In this document: positions 1-7,354 of the stretch, piece by piece | Position numbering within the stretch: position 1 is the stretch's first letter | Layout of the letters: each line of letters begins with the position of its first letter | Virus record (IMG/VR): IMGVR_UViG_3300021404_000010 | From: an uncultured virus (IMG/VR IMGVR_UViG_3300021404_000010) | Taxonomy: Duplodnaviria > Heunggongvirae > Uroviricota > Caudoviricetes | DNA length: 64,000 nucleotides | Reading direction: 5' to 3' (one strand) | The notes under the pieces: generated by a model | What the model saw: the letters and a program-made list of their open reading frames with translations, nothing else | Told to the model about the DNA's origin: nothing | Database searches by the model: none | Made by a program: the position numbers and the translations under genes

Positions 1-459
1 CGAAAGCTGGCCGTAGAACTGCGCGGAGCCAGCAAACGTGCCGAGAATGGTGCTGCCTTGTACCGAGAACACGAGGGCATTAGAGGCACGCGAGATGCCA
101 GTGCCGTCCGCCGCGCCGAGTTGCAAGCCCGGTGATGCCGTCGTGCCATTCGGCACCACAAGCGGTCCGGTCAACGCCCCGCCCGTGATCGGCAGCACTG
201 GCTGCCACGTGTTTGTGCTGCCGCGCCGGCCATACACCTGACCGTCTTCCGGCGCGTCGGTCGCGTTCTGCGCGTCATACAGCAGCTTGATGCCGGACGG
301 ATCGAGCGAGGCCGGCACGCCGACCCACAGCATCATCGGATCGGCGAGCCCGACGGCGATCTCGCCGACATAGAGCGAGTTGGCCGCCGGCCACTGATTG
401 CCGACCGTCCAGCGATGCCGCGCGACGCCCTCGCGGCCGACCGGGATCACATCGGACAT
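1..459 (-). CDS. Fibre-like virion protein, N-terminal part (runs off the left edge)
   Basis: Own translation from ATG at 459: MSDVIPVGREG...DAPEDGQVYGRR...LPITGGALTGPL. Open to base 1. The LPxxGGxLTGPL motif is shared with the two other fibre genes. Confidence 0.7.
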   Translation of the reverse strand, partial: MSDVIPVGREGVARHRWTVGNQWPAANSLYVGEIAVGLADPMMLWVGVPASLDPSGIKLLYDAQNATDAPEDGQVYGRRGSTNTWQPVLPITGGALTGPLVVPNGTTASPGLQLGAADGTGISRASNALVFSVQGSTILGTFAGSAQFYGQLS

Positions 460-463
460 GGCG

Positions 464-1015
464 TCAGGCCCACCCGACCATCACGCCCATCGCCCAGGTC
501 CAGACCGTGCCGACCATGCCCTGATCGACGCCGAGCGCCAGCGTCTCATAACCGCCGGTGCCGACCAGTTGCGCCCACCACAAATATTGCTGGCCGTAGA
601 TCGTGTAATTCCACGGCCCGCCGCCCTCGATCGCGGTGGTGCTCTGGTCATAGCTCGCGCTGACCTTGCTGACCGATTTGCTCGACAGCAGCCCGGTTCC
701 CGTCCCCGGCGCCGCCCCGCCTTGCGCGCGTTGCATCGCGGATTGCTGGAGCGACAGGAAATGCGCGGTGACAAGCTCCATGCCCATCACCGCCATCTGC
801 TGCCAGCGGTTCGGGTTGACCATCACGCCCGCGAGGTCGAGGAACATTTGCACGGTCGGGTCGGGATAGGTCGCCGGATCGGAGAACGCCGGAAGGTCGG
901 TGCGAAACTGCGCCACGGTCACATAGGGATTGGTCGGCGGCGAGAACGGCATCGGCGGCACCGCGCCGGGCGATGGCACGGTAGGCTGCGGATTGACTTC
1001 GACAGTACCGCTCAT
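464..1015 (-). CDS. Head-tail adaptor (DUF4054-like)
   Basis: TVAQFRTDLPAFSD...LVTAHFL...SKSVSKVSASYD...WNYTIYGQQY pattern; lies downstream of the capsid gene. Confidence 0.85.
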   Translation of the reverse strand: MSGTVEVNPQPTVPSPGAVPPMPFSPPTNPYVTVAQFRTDLPAFSDPATYPDPTVQMFLDLAGVMVNPNRWQQMAVMGMELVTAHFLSLQQSAMQRAQGGAAPGTGTGLLSSKSVSKVSASYDQSTTAIEGGGPWNYTIYGQQYLWWAQLVGTGGYETLALGVDQGMVGTVWTWAMGVMVGWA

Positions 1016-1176
1016 GGCGCTTGCTCCCGCTCCTCTGGGTAGACCTCACAGACCACGCCCGGGTGCGCCTGCTCGGTCTCCGATTCCATCTGGTCGGCGG
1101 CGTCCTGCGTGAACCATTCGGTCGTTTCGACGCGGCCGTCAGGCCAGGTGCATCGGCAGACCCAGCAGACTGTCAC
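1012..1176 (-). CDS. Small hypothetical protein (54 aa)
   Basis: GTG start; MTVCWVCRCTWPDGRVE...; fills the gap and ends in an ATGA overlap with the next gene. Confidence 0.45.
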   Translation of the reverse strand: MTVCWVCRCTWPDGRVETTEWFTQDAADQMESETEQAHPGVVCEVYPEEREQAP

Positions 1177-1451
1177 TTACGCCTTGCGCCCGCGGCCGCG
1201 GCGAGATCGCGCAGCGTGCCGACCTGGCCTGTGGTCGGTCCGGGCGCCTGCGTCATCGGGCGGTTGATCCCCGACGACATCCCGCTCGGGTCGGTCCCCG
1301 TCACCGTCGGGATCACCGGCGGCGGTGACTGATCCACTCCGCTGATCGTCCCCGCGTTCTTCGATGCGTAGAAAACTTCCTTGCCCTTCGCCGTCCCGTA
1401 CTCCTCCTGCATCGCCTCCCTGATCTTCGTGCCCTTGGCGGTCTCCGGCAT
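1173..1451 (-). CDS. Small phage head-region protein
   Basis: MPETAKGTKIREAMQEEYGTAKGKEVFYASKNAGTI motif; GGAGGGAG RBS upstream. Confidence 0.65.
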   Translation of the reverse strand: MPETAKGTKIREAMQEEYGTAKGKEVFYASKNAGTISGVDQSPPPVIPTVTGTDPSGMSSGINRPMTQAPGPTTGQVGTLRDLAAAAGARRK

Positions 1452-1465
1452 CGCTCCCTCCATCG

Positions 1466-1894
1466 TCAGGCGAGAAAGGAGACCCGGTTCGGGTCTTTGT
1501 CCTCCACCGGCTTCCCAGCGAAGCGCGTGGCCGGTGTGGCGACGGTGGCGTTCGACAGGGCCGGGGCCGGCGTCTGCGCCGCATCGGCCTGCGCCTCGCC
1601 CAGGCGCGTCGCCTGCTCGGCCATCAGGGCGCGTTGCGCATACTGGTCGCTGCCGATCGGCGGCGGCGGCGGCTGGTAGCCCTCGAGATGCGCCTTGAAG
1701 TACCAATGCTCGGCGGTCTCTTGCGTCACGTCATACTCGCCCGGCTCGTAGACCGTCTGCGCCGGCATCGTCTCAAAGATCGGCAGCACCTTGCCGTCGG
1801 CATCCTTGGTCTCGCCGATCTGCCTCGGCTCGTGCGTGATCATCACCCGCTTGACCACGCGCACGCGCACCAGCGCTTGCTGTTCATCCGACAT
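1466..1894 (-). CDS. STY1053-like phage-associated protein
   Basis: VRVVKRVMI...PGEYDVTQETAEHWYFKAHL motif; post-capsid position. Confidence 0.65.
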   Translation of the reverse strand: MSDEQQALVRVRVVKRVMITHEPRQIGETKDADGKVLPIFETMPAQTVYEPGEYDVTQETAEHWYFKAHLEGYQPPPPPIGSDQYAQRALMAEQATRLGEAQADAAQTPAPALSNATVATPATRFAGKPVEDKDPNRVSFLA

Positions 1895-1913
1895 CGGCAG
1901 TCTCCCTTGCTTG

Positions 1914-2126
1914 TCAGCCCCGGTAGAGTTTGGCGCGCACCGCGCAGTCCTTCGCCTCGAGCAGCTTGCGCAGCGCGGAGGTCCGCTCCGGGTTGCGCGG
2001 CAGGTCGTGCACGATGCTCTCCGCCAGCGCCGCGAACTGACTGCTGACCACCTGCAGGTCGGGCCGCAGATGCTCGAATTCGAAGAATTGCAGCAGCGGC
2101 TCGGTCTCGCCGCGGATCACGGTCAT
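1914..2126 (-). CDS. Small helical-hairpin protein, possibly Tad1/Acb2-like
   Basis: LLQFFEFEHL...LPRNPERTSALRKLLEAKDCAVRA; GAGGGAG RBS; ATGA-coupled. Confidence 0.6.
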   Translation of the reverse strand: MTVIRGETEPLLQFFEFEHLRPDLQVVSSQFAALAESIVHDLPRNPERTSALRKLLEAKDCAVRAKLYRG

Positions 2127-2371
2127 GGCTGTTCTCCCTCGGTTGGCGGAGACGCCGGCAGCGTCACCCCGGCGGTCGTTTCCGTAGACCACGTCGTCAT
2201 GCACGTCGCGCAGGTGAAGGTGACGACCAGCGTGTTGGGATCGGCATTCGTCATCACGCCGTTGCCGTCGTAGACCGGCGACCATTCGATCATCGGCTGC
2301 TTGATGGCTCTGGTCGTGGAGATGCGGCAGTCGCCCGCATCGCGCGTGCAGCCTTCACGGCTCATGATCAT
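2123..2371 (-). CDS. Hypothetical Cys-containing protein
   Basis: GGAG RBS; CTRDAGDC...PVYDGNG...CATC; ATGA overlap with the next gene. Confidence 0.55.
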   Translation of the reverse strand: MIMSREGCTRDAGDCRISTTRAIKQPMIEWSPVYDGNGVMTNADPNTLVVTFTCATCMTTWSTETTAGVTLPASPPTEGEQP

Positions 2372-2409
2372 GGGCAGTCTCCCGCTATGGGCGGGAGCGC
2401 CGCCCGGTT

Positions 2410-3333
2410 TCAATCGCAGGCTGGATGCGTGCGTAGCTCTGCTGGCGATGCGGTCTGGCACCAGTCGGGCCGCGGCGGCTTGGCAGGGATCACCGCAGCG
2501 TCTTGCTGACGACGGACAACGGCGGGATCGACCTGCTGGCTGACGGTGGCAGCAACGGCAGGACGATCGGCTGCACACGGATGCCCGCTGCGCAGCATCG
2601 CCTCGCGCACGTTCTGGTCGTCGCACATGAGTTCGATGGCGACGGCTTTTTCACCAATGTTGGAGAGCAGCGCCGCGCTGTTCCTGCGTTCGCAGCCCTT
2701 GTCGCTGTAGCCGATCCCGAGCGTTATGCCGATGCCCGGTCCCGCGCCGCCGCCGGAAATTCCAACGAGACACGGATTCCCGCCGCTGATATTTGGGGCG
2801 ATGATCTCGGGTGTATTCCGCAGCGTCTGCGTGCCGCCGATGTTTTCGGTGAGCGGGTTGCCGGCCGAGCCGAGCGCCGGCGGATCGGTCGCATTGGTGC
2901 CGTTCGTGCCAGGAGGGCCAGCCGGATCGACCGCATTTGCGCCGTTCGCGCCATTGGTTCCGCCGCCGCTGCCGCCGCTATAGCCGGTGACATTGACCAC
3001 TCGCACGGAATTCGACGACCGCACCTGCGAGGTGCCGGACTGCGCATTGGAGGTCGAGTTCGAGCCCGATGTGGAGTTAGATCGCGCGCCCGATCGCGAG
3101 GTGATCGGCGCATTCACCTGAGTGCCCGCTATCGCGCCGGTCGCGCTCTGGTTGCCGACATTGCTGAATCGGTTGGTGTTCTGGCTGTTCGACGCTGCGC
3201 CGGCGGTCGAACCGCTGGTGCTGTTGCTGCCGGAGGTGTCGGTGACTTGCGCAAATGCGGGAGCAGCGATCAGCAGCAACACAGCGATCGCCGGACCGTA
3301 AAGCGGCCCATACGGGCGGGAGACGTGACGCAT
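2410..3333 (-). CDS. Secreted Ser/Gly/Asn/Thr-rich protein with a four-Cys C-terminal domain
   Basis: Signal peptide (...LLLIAAPAFA/Q), low-complexity N-half, then NPCLVGISGG...GCER...LMCDD...GHPC. Confidence 0.75.
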   Translation of the reverse strand: MRHVSRPYGPLYGPAIAVLLLIAAPAFAQVTDTSGSNSTSGSTAGAASNSQNTNRFSNVGNQSATGAIAGTQVNAPITSRSGARSNSTSGSNSTSNAQSGTSQVRSSNSVRVVNVTGYSGGSGGGTNGANGANAVDPAGPPGTNGTNATDPPALGSAGNPLTENIGGTQTLRNTPEIIAPNISGGNPCLVGISGGGAGPGIGITLGIGYSDKGCERRNSAALLSNIGEKAVAIELMCDDQNVREAMLRSGHPCAADRPAVAATVSQQVDPAVVRRQQDAAVIPAKPPRPDWCQTASPAELRTHPACD

Positions 3334-3352
3334 GGTGAACCTCGAAGGAAAC

Positions 3353-3384
3353 GGGCGGGAGATGCCCCTGTCCCTCTCCCGCCC
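3353..3384 (-). terminator. Stem-loop or weak intrinsic terminator between the two secreted-protein genes
   Basis: GGGCGGGAGA...TCTCCCGCCC inverted repeat followed by GTTT on the minus strand. Confidence 0.5.
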
Positions 3385-3396
3385 AGGCTTGATCGG

Positions 3397-3777
3397 CTAC
3401 TTGTGGAAGGTGAAGGCGGTGCCGTGGTCGGTGCCGACGCTGGTGCCGGTCTGCTTCGAATTGCCGAAGTCGAAGCCCGTGCCGTTCGAGAAGCTGGACC
3501 CAGTGATCGAGCCCTGATCGCCGCCGCTCGTGTTGGTCGTGTCTTTCGCCCCAACGATGTTCGCCAAGCTGTGGTCGAACGCCAGGTTGGTCGCCGTCAC
3601 GTTGGCGCCGGCCTGGTTGGAGCCGAAGCCGAAGGAGCCGGAGTTGCTGCTTTCGGTCGCGGACGTCGTGCTGGTTTCATTCGAGGTCGTGCCATCGACG
3701 CTCGCGGCCAGAGTGACCGCCGGCGCGGCCAGGATGGACACCGCCAGGGCGGCGCTGGTGAACAAAGCGGATTTCAT
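3397..3777 (-). CDS. Small secreted Ser/Thr/Gly/Asn-rich protein
   Basis: AGGAG RBS; signal peptide MKSALFTSAALAVSILAAPAVTLA; mature part is polar with periodic Phe. Confidence 0.75.
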   Translation of the reverse strand: MKSALFTSAALAVSILAAPAVTLAASVDGTTSNETSTTSATESSNSGSFGFGSNQAGANVTATNLAFDHSLANIVGAKDTTNTSGGDQGSITGSSFSNGTGFDFGNSKQTGTSVGTDHGTAFTFHK

Positions 3778-4032
3778 TTGTGACTCCTGAGAACGCCACG
3801 ATGAGGCCCGTCGTGGCGACGGGAAGCCTGCGGCTCGGTGCTCCTATGCCACAAGCCATGTCGGCTTGGATATCAAATTTGAGTCGCGCCGCCAGCGTTC
3901 ATCAGAGAGTCGCGGTTTTCCTCATTCGAGGTCGGCAAAGGGGGCGGTCGGCGTGCGCGCGTGAACGCGGGGTAATCTGCCGCCCGCAAAGGCTAAGAAG
4001 ATATCGATGAAAAGTAGGATTAGGTGTGACGG

Positions 4033-5025
4033 CTAAATGCCGTCGCGATAGCCGATGGTCTCCGGATACACGACCTCGATCACACCCAGCCGGCCCCAAT
4101 AGGTCGTCAGGTTGTAGAGCGAGCGCCATTCCAGCGGCGTGCGCTGTAGGGCGGTCATCGGATATCTGACTTTGTCGTAGTCCTTGGTGTAGGCGATCAT
4201 GCGCTGCGTCGAAGCGGCGCCGCGTCCGTTCAGCCACTTCAACGGCTGGATGTTCAGCGGCCGCCCGTTCTGCGTGTTGCATAGCGAGTTTTCCTGCAAG
4301 AAGCGCAGCACCGAAATATTGCCGGCGGTCGCTACCTTCGCGCTGACCAGGATGCCGAACTGCACCGGAGGCACGCGAAGCTCGGTCGGCATCACCGCCC
4401 ACGCGCTCGCCGCCCACACCGAGGCAAGGAGTTCGTTGACCTGGGCGAGGATGGTATCGGGCGTGGTGGCGGTCCAGTTGCCGCCGGTGACGTTGCTCAC
4501 GTTCGTCACTGCGGGATGGTTGGTCAGTCCCGCCGTGCCGATCGTGCCATCGCCGGCATACACCAGTTGGTCCGTGTCCATCTGGTGCTTGAGTTGGATG
4601 ACCTTGAATTTTTGGTCATCGATGGGCCGACCAAGCTGCATCGCCGACGCCAGTTCGGGCATCGTGTACTGCAACTCCATGCCCCAGAGGTACAACGGCT
4701 GGGGCGTCTTACCGATGTCGAGTTGCGCGCCGGTGATGGCGTTGACGTTCTTGCCGATCCACGAGATGCCGGTCGGGTTGATTCCGCCCGCCGCCGCGAA
4801 GCTCGAGTTGGTGAACGATGAGAACTCGTCGCCAACGGTGACGTCTTCACGCAGGTCGATGTCGCGTCCCCACGTCACCGAGACCAGCGGCTCGTGGATG
4901 GTGTAGTCGAGGCGTTCGAGTTCACCGAGCAGGAATGCGCCCGCGCTGTCGCGGGTGATCCCGTCATAGGTGAACATGGCCGGGCCGCCGTTATGGCCGA
5001 GGCCGGCGAACATGCCGTCAGGCAT
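4033..5025 (-). CDS. Major capsid protein (DUF2184 family)
   Basis: AFLLGELERLD.TIHEPL..VTWGRDI; DQLVYAGD; C-terminal VYPETIGYRDGI. Confidence 0.92.
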   Translation of the reverse strand: MPDGMFAGLGHNGGPAMFTYDGITRDSAGAFLLGELERLDYTIHEPLVSVTWGRDIDLREDVTVGDEFSSFTNSSFAAAGGINPTGISWIGKNVNAITGAQLDIGKTPQPLYLWGMELQYTMPELASAMQLGRPIDDQKFKVIQLKHQMDTDQLVYAGDGTIGTAGLTNHPAVTNVSNVTGGNWTATTPDTILAQVNELLASVWAASAWAVMPTELRVPPVQFGILVSAKVATAGNISVLRFLQENSLCNTQNGRPLNIQPLKWLNGRGAASTQRMIAYTKDYDKVRYPMTALQRTPLEWRSLYNLTTYWGRLGVIEVVYPETIGYRDGI

Positions 5026-5096
5026 GGCCGTGCTCCTTTCAGATTGTCGGTGGGTTGCCGCGCTTCGGACGGACGGTGGCGGCGAGACCGGATCGG

Positions 5097-5636
5097 CTAG
5101 ATGTTGACGGCGACCTCGGTGATGCCGTTCGGATCGGCCGGCCCCATGAAGTAGCCCGGCAGCAGCATCACGTTGCCAGGAGTCGTGCCGTCGGCGGTGA
5201 TGCTGCCCGGAACCTGACCGCCAGCAGCGGCTGCTTTCCAGACGTAGACCGGCGCGCCCTTCACCGCCGGCACAGCGCCGGTCAGCAGCACCGTCATGTA
5301 GCCGCGCTTCAGCACCCCGTGCGTGATGCCCGAGGTCGGCGGCGTGGCCTGTCCGCGCGGGTCAGAGAGCGGATTGCCGGCCGAGCCGAAGCCCTGCGTC
5401 GGGTAGGGGCGCACATAGAGCCCATACGCGATGCCGGCTGGTGCGGCAGGATCGGCCGCCGTCGGCACGCGGATGCCGCCGGTGGTGGCGTCGATCACCA
5501 CGCCCATGCCGTACGCGGTCGGCGCTTGGCCCGGCGTCGGGCTGATCAGTTGCGCCTCAACCGTGGCATCGTGCACACGGCCGACGGCGCCCGGATAACC
5601 GGAATCCATCCGGAACTGGATGGCGTTTCCAGGCAT
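5097..5636 (-). CDS. Capsid decoration/cement protein
   Basis: FRMDSGYPGAVGR, GLYVRPYP, VLKRGYMTV, GPADPNGITEVAVNI; immediately upstream of the capsid gene. Confidence 0.85.
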   Translation of the reverse strand: MPGNAIQFRMDSGYPGAVGRVHDATVEAQLISPTPGQAPTAYGMGVVIDATTGGIRVPTAADPAAPAGIAYGLYVRPYPTQGFGSAGNPLSDPRGQATPPTSGITHGVLKRGYMTVLLTGAVPAVKGAPVYVWKAAAAGGQVPGSITADGTTPGNVMLLPGYFMGPADPNGITEVAVNI

Positions 5637-5720
5637 GCTCGCTGTCTCCTTTTCGCTGATGAATGCGGGGAGCCTCCGGACGGGAGGCGGTATCGACCGC
5701 GCTGGCGCGGCTCGATCTCG

Positions 5721-6146
5721 TTAGACGTTCGGCGGGCTGCTCAGCGCGTTCGCCGGGTTATTCTCCGCCCACTGCCGCCACGCGGACGCCAAGTCGGAGT
5801 TGATGAAGTTGGCGTAGAGCTTGCGATTGGCGCCGTTGTTGAACGCGATGGCGTTGAACATCGCCGTCGCATTGCCGCGCGCCACGTCCGGTATGTAGAG
5901 CGTGCCGCCCACGTACTGGCCCCAGGGTGGCGATTTGATCGGCGACGTGTCGGGCGCCGGTAGCGGCATCGAGCCGATGATGATCGGCGCGATCGGCTCG
6001 GTCAGGCTCCAGGCGATGATGGGGTTATCGTGGATGATGACCCACACCAGGGCTGGATCGCCGGCGACGGTGTCGTTGTAATCGAACGTGACGAGCAGTG
6101 AGCCGTCGATCGAGGCGACGGCGGGTGCTCCGCTGGTGCCTGACAT
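5721..6146 (-). CDS. Hypothetical protein
   Basis: GGGAGG RBS; protein-like composition; in the head operon. Confidence 0.6.
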   Translation of the reverse strand: MSGTSGAPAVASIDGSLLVTFDYNDTVAGDPALVWVIIHDNPIIAWSLTEPIAPIIIGSMPLPAPDTSPIKSPPWGQYVGGTLYIPDVARGNATAMFNAIAFNNGANRKLYANFINSDLASAWRQWAENNPANALSSPPNV

Positions 6147-6149
6147 CGG

Positions 6150-7094
6150 CTAAGCCCTCCCGTTCTGCTTGGCCCAGAAGTCCTTGTTGGCCTTGTTGAT
6201 GCCAGCGAGGCGCTGGGCCTGCGCGGCGCGATAGGCGCCCGGACCGGGCTGGCCGGCCGTGCCGAAATTCGGCGATGGCACGTTCGTCGCGTTGTTGATC
6301 TCGCGCATCCTGTCCGACGCATCGAGGAACAGCATCCGCACCGCATCGCACGACATCGCTTTGACGTGGTCCGCCGTGTAGCGGCCCATCGCCTGCTTGC
6401 CCTTCTCGCTGGCGGCGGCCTTGGTCAGCGCGTTGCGCCGCAGCGAGCAGATGCGCGTGCCGGCGACGGTCATGCGGTTCTGCTCGCCCGGAGCGCCGTC
6501 GAGCACGCCGATGCCGATGCCGGGCGCCAGCACCTCGGCGCGGGCCTTGGTGTCACGCACCAGCGCCAGCATCGCCTGGTTGACGCGCGCGCCGAACGCC
6601 GCATCGCCCATCTGCGATTTGCCGGTCTTCAACGCCGGGTCGGCTTCCATCAGGTCGGGCTCGGCGCTGGGCGGTGCGCTCGCTGTCTGCGCGCCCGTTT
6701 CGCCTTCGGCGTCGGTGGTCTCGTCGCCCTTCTTGTCGTCGTCGTCGCCCTTGTCGTCGCCCTTGTCGTCGTCGTCGCCCTCGGCGTCCCCGGTGCGGGC
6801 CTTCATCACCGCATCGAGCACCTTGGTGATCTTGGCATCGAGCGCCTTGACGGTGTCCTCGATCTTCTTGAACCGCTCCTCGTCCTTGTCGCCGTCGGCG
6901 TCGCCGGTGCCGTTCTCGCCGCTCTTGTGCTCGATATGCACATGGACATTGCTGGCGTGCTTGCCCTCGTCGCCGTCGGGCTCGCCGTCGGCGGGCGGGT
7001 CTTCCTCGGCGGCGTCGGCGATCGCGGCGACCGATGCCTTATCCCGCGCGAAGAACCCCTGGTAGATGTAGTCGCGCAGCGTACGCTTGCTCAT
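6150..7094 (-). CDS. Capsid scaffolding protein (normally the C-terminal half of the DUF2213 protein)
   Basis: AGGAGG RBS; acidic linkers, HVHIEH, coiled coil, ARAEVLAPGI, C-terminal INKANKDFWAK. Confidence 0.8.
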   Translation of the reverse strand: MSKRTLRDYIYQGFFARDKASVAAIADAAEEDPPADGEPDGDEGKHASNVHVHIEHKSGENGTGDADGDKDEERFKKIEDTVKALDAKITKVLDAVMKARTGDAEGDDDDKGDDKGDDDDKKGDETTDAEGETGAQTASAPPSAEPDLMEADPALKTGKSQMGDAAFGARVNQAMLALVRDTKARAEVLAPGIGIGVLDGAPGEQNRMTVAGTRICSLRRNALTKAAASEKGKQAMGRYTADHVKAMSCDAVRMLFLDASDRMREINNATNVPSPNFGTAGQPGPGAYRAAQAQRLAGINKANKDFWAKQNGRA

Positions 7095-7132
7095 GGTGAA
7101 CCTCCTATCCCTGCAGAGTTGGCAACCGCACG

Positions 7133-7354
7133 TCACCTGGGCTTGCGCCGCGTGCGGGCGGCGTCCTCCGTCGTCTCCGGATAATCGATGTCCTTGAGAT
7201 CCTCGGGCTCCGGGTAAAAGGTGAACGGCTCGGTGCCGAGGTATTCGGCCTCACCGTCCCAGATCACCTCGTCGCCGATGCAATAGATGCCGGGACAGTC
7301 CCACCTGTTGGGCTCCTGCTCGGCAGCCGGATCGGTCTTGCTGCTTTCGCTCAT
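7133..7354 (-). CDS. Small acidic protein coupled to the ADP-ribosyltransferase fusion gene
   Basis: ATGA overlap with the 1004-aa gene; rich in Asp, Glu and aromatic residues. Confidence 0.65.
   Translation of the reverse strand: MSESSKTDPAAEQEPNRWDCPGIYCIGDEVIWDGEAEYLGTEPFTFYPEPEDLKDIDYPETTEDAARTRRKPR

Noticed and set aside
6720..6785. Tandem GDDDDK codon repeats
   Set aside because: Ordinary acidic low-complexity linker of a scaffold protein.
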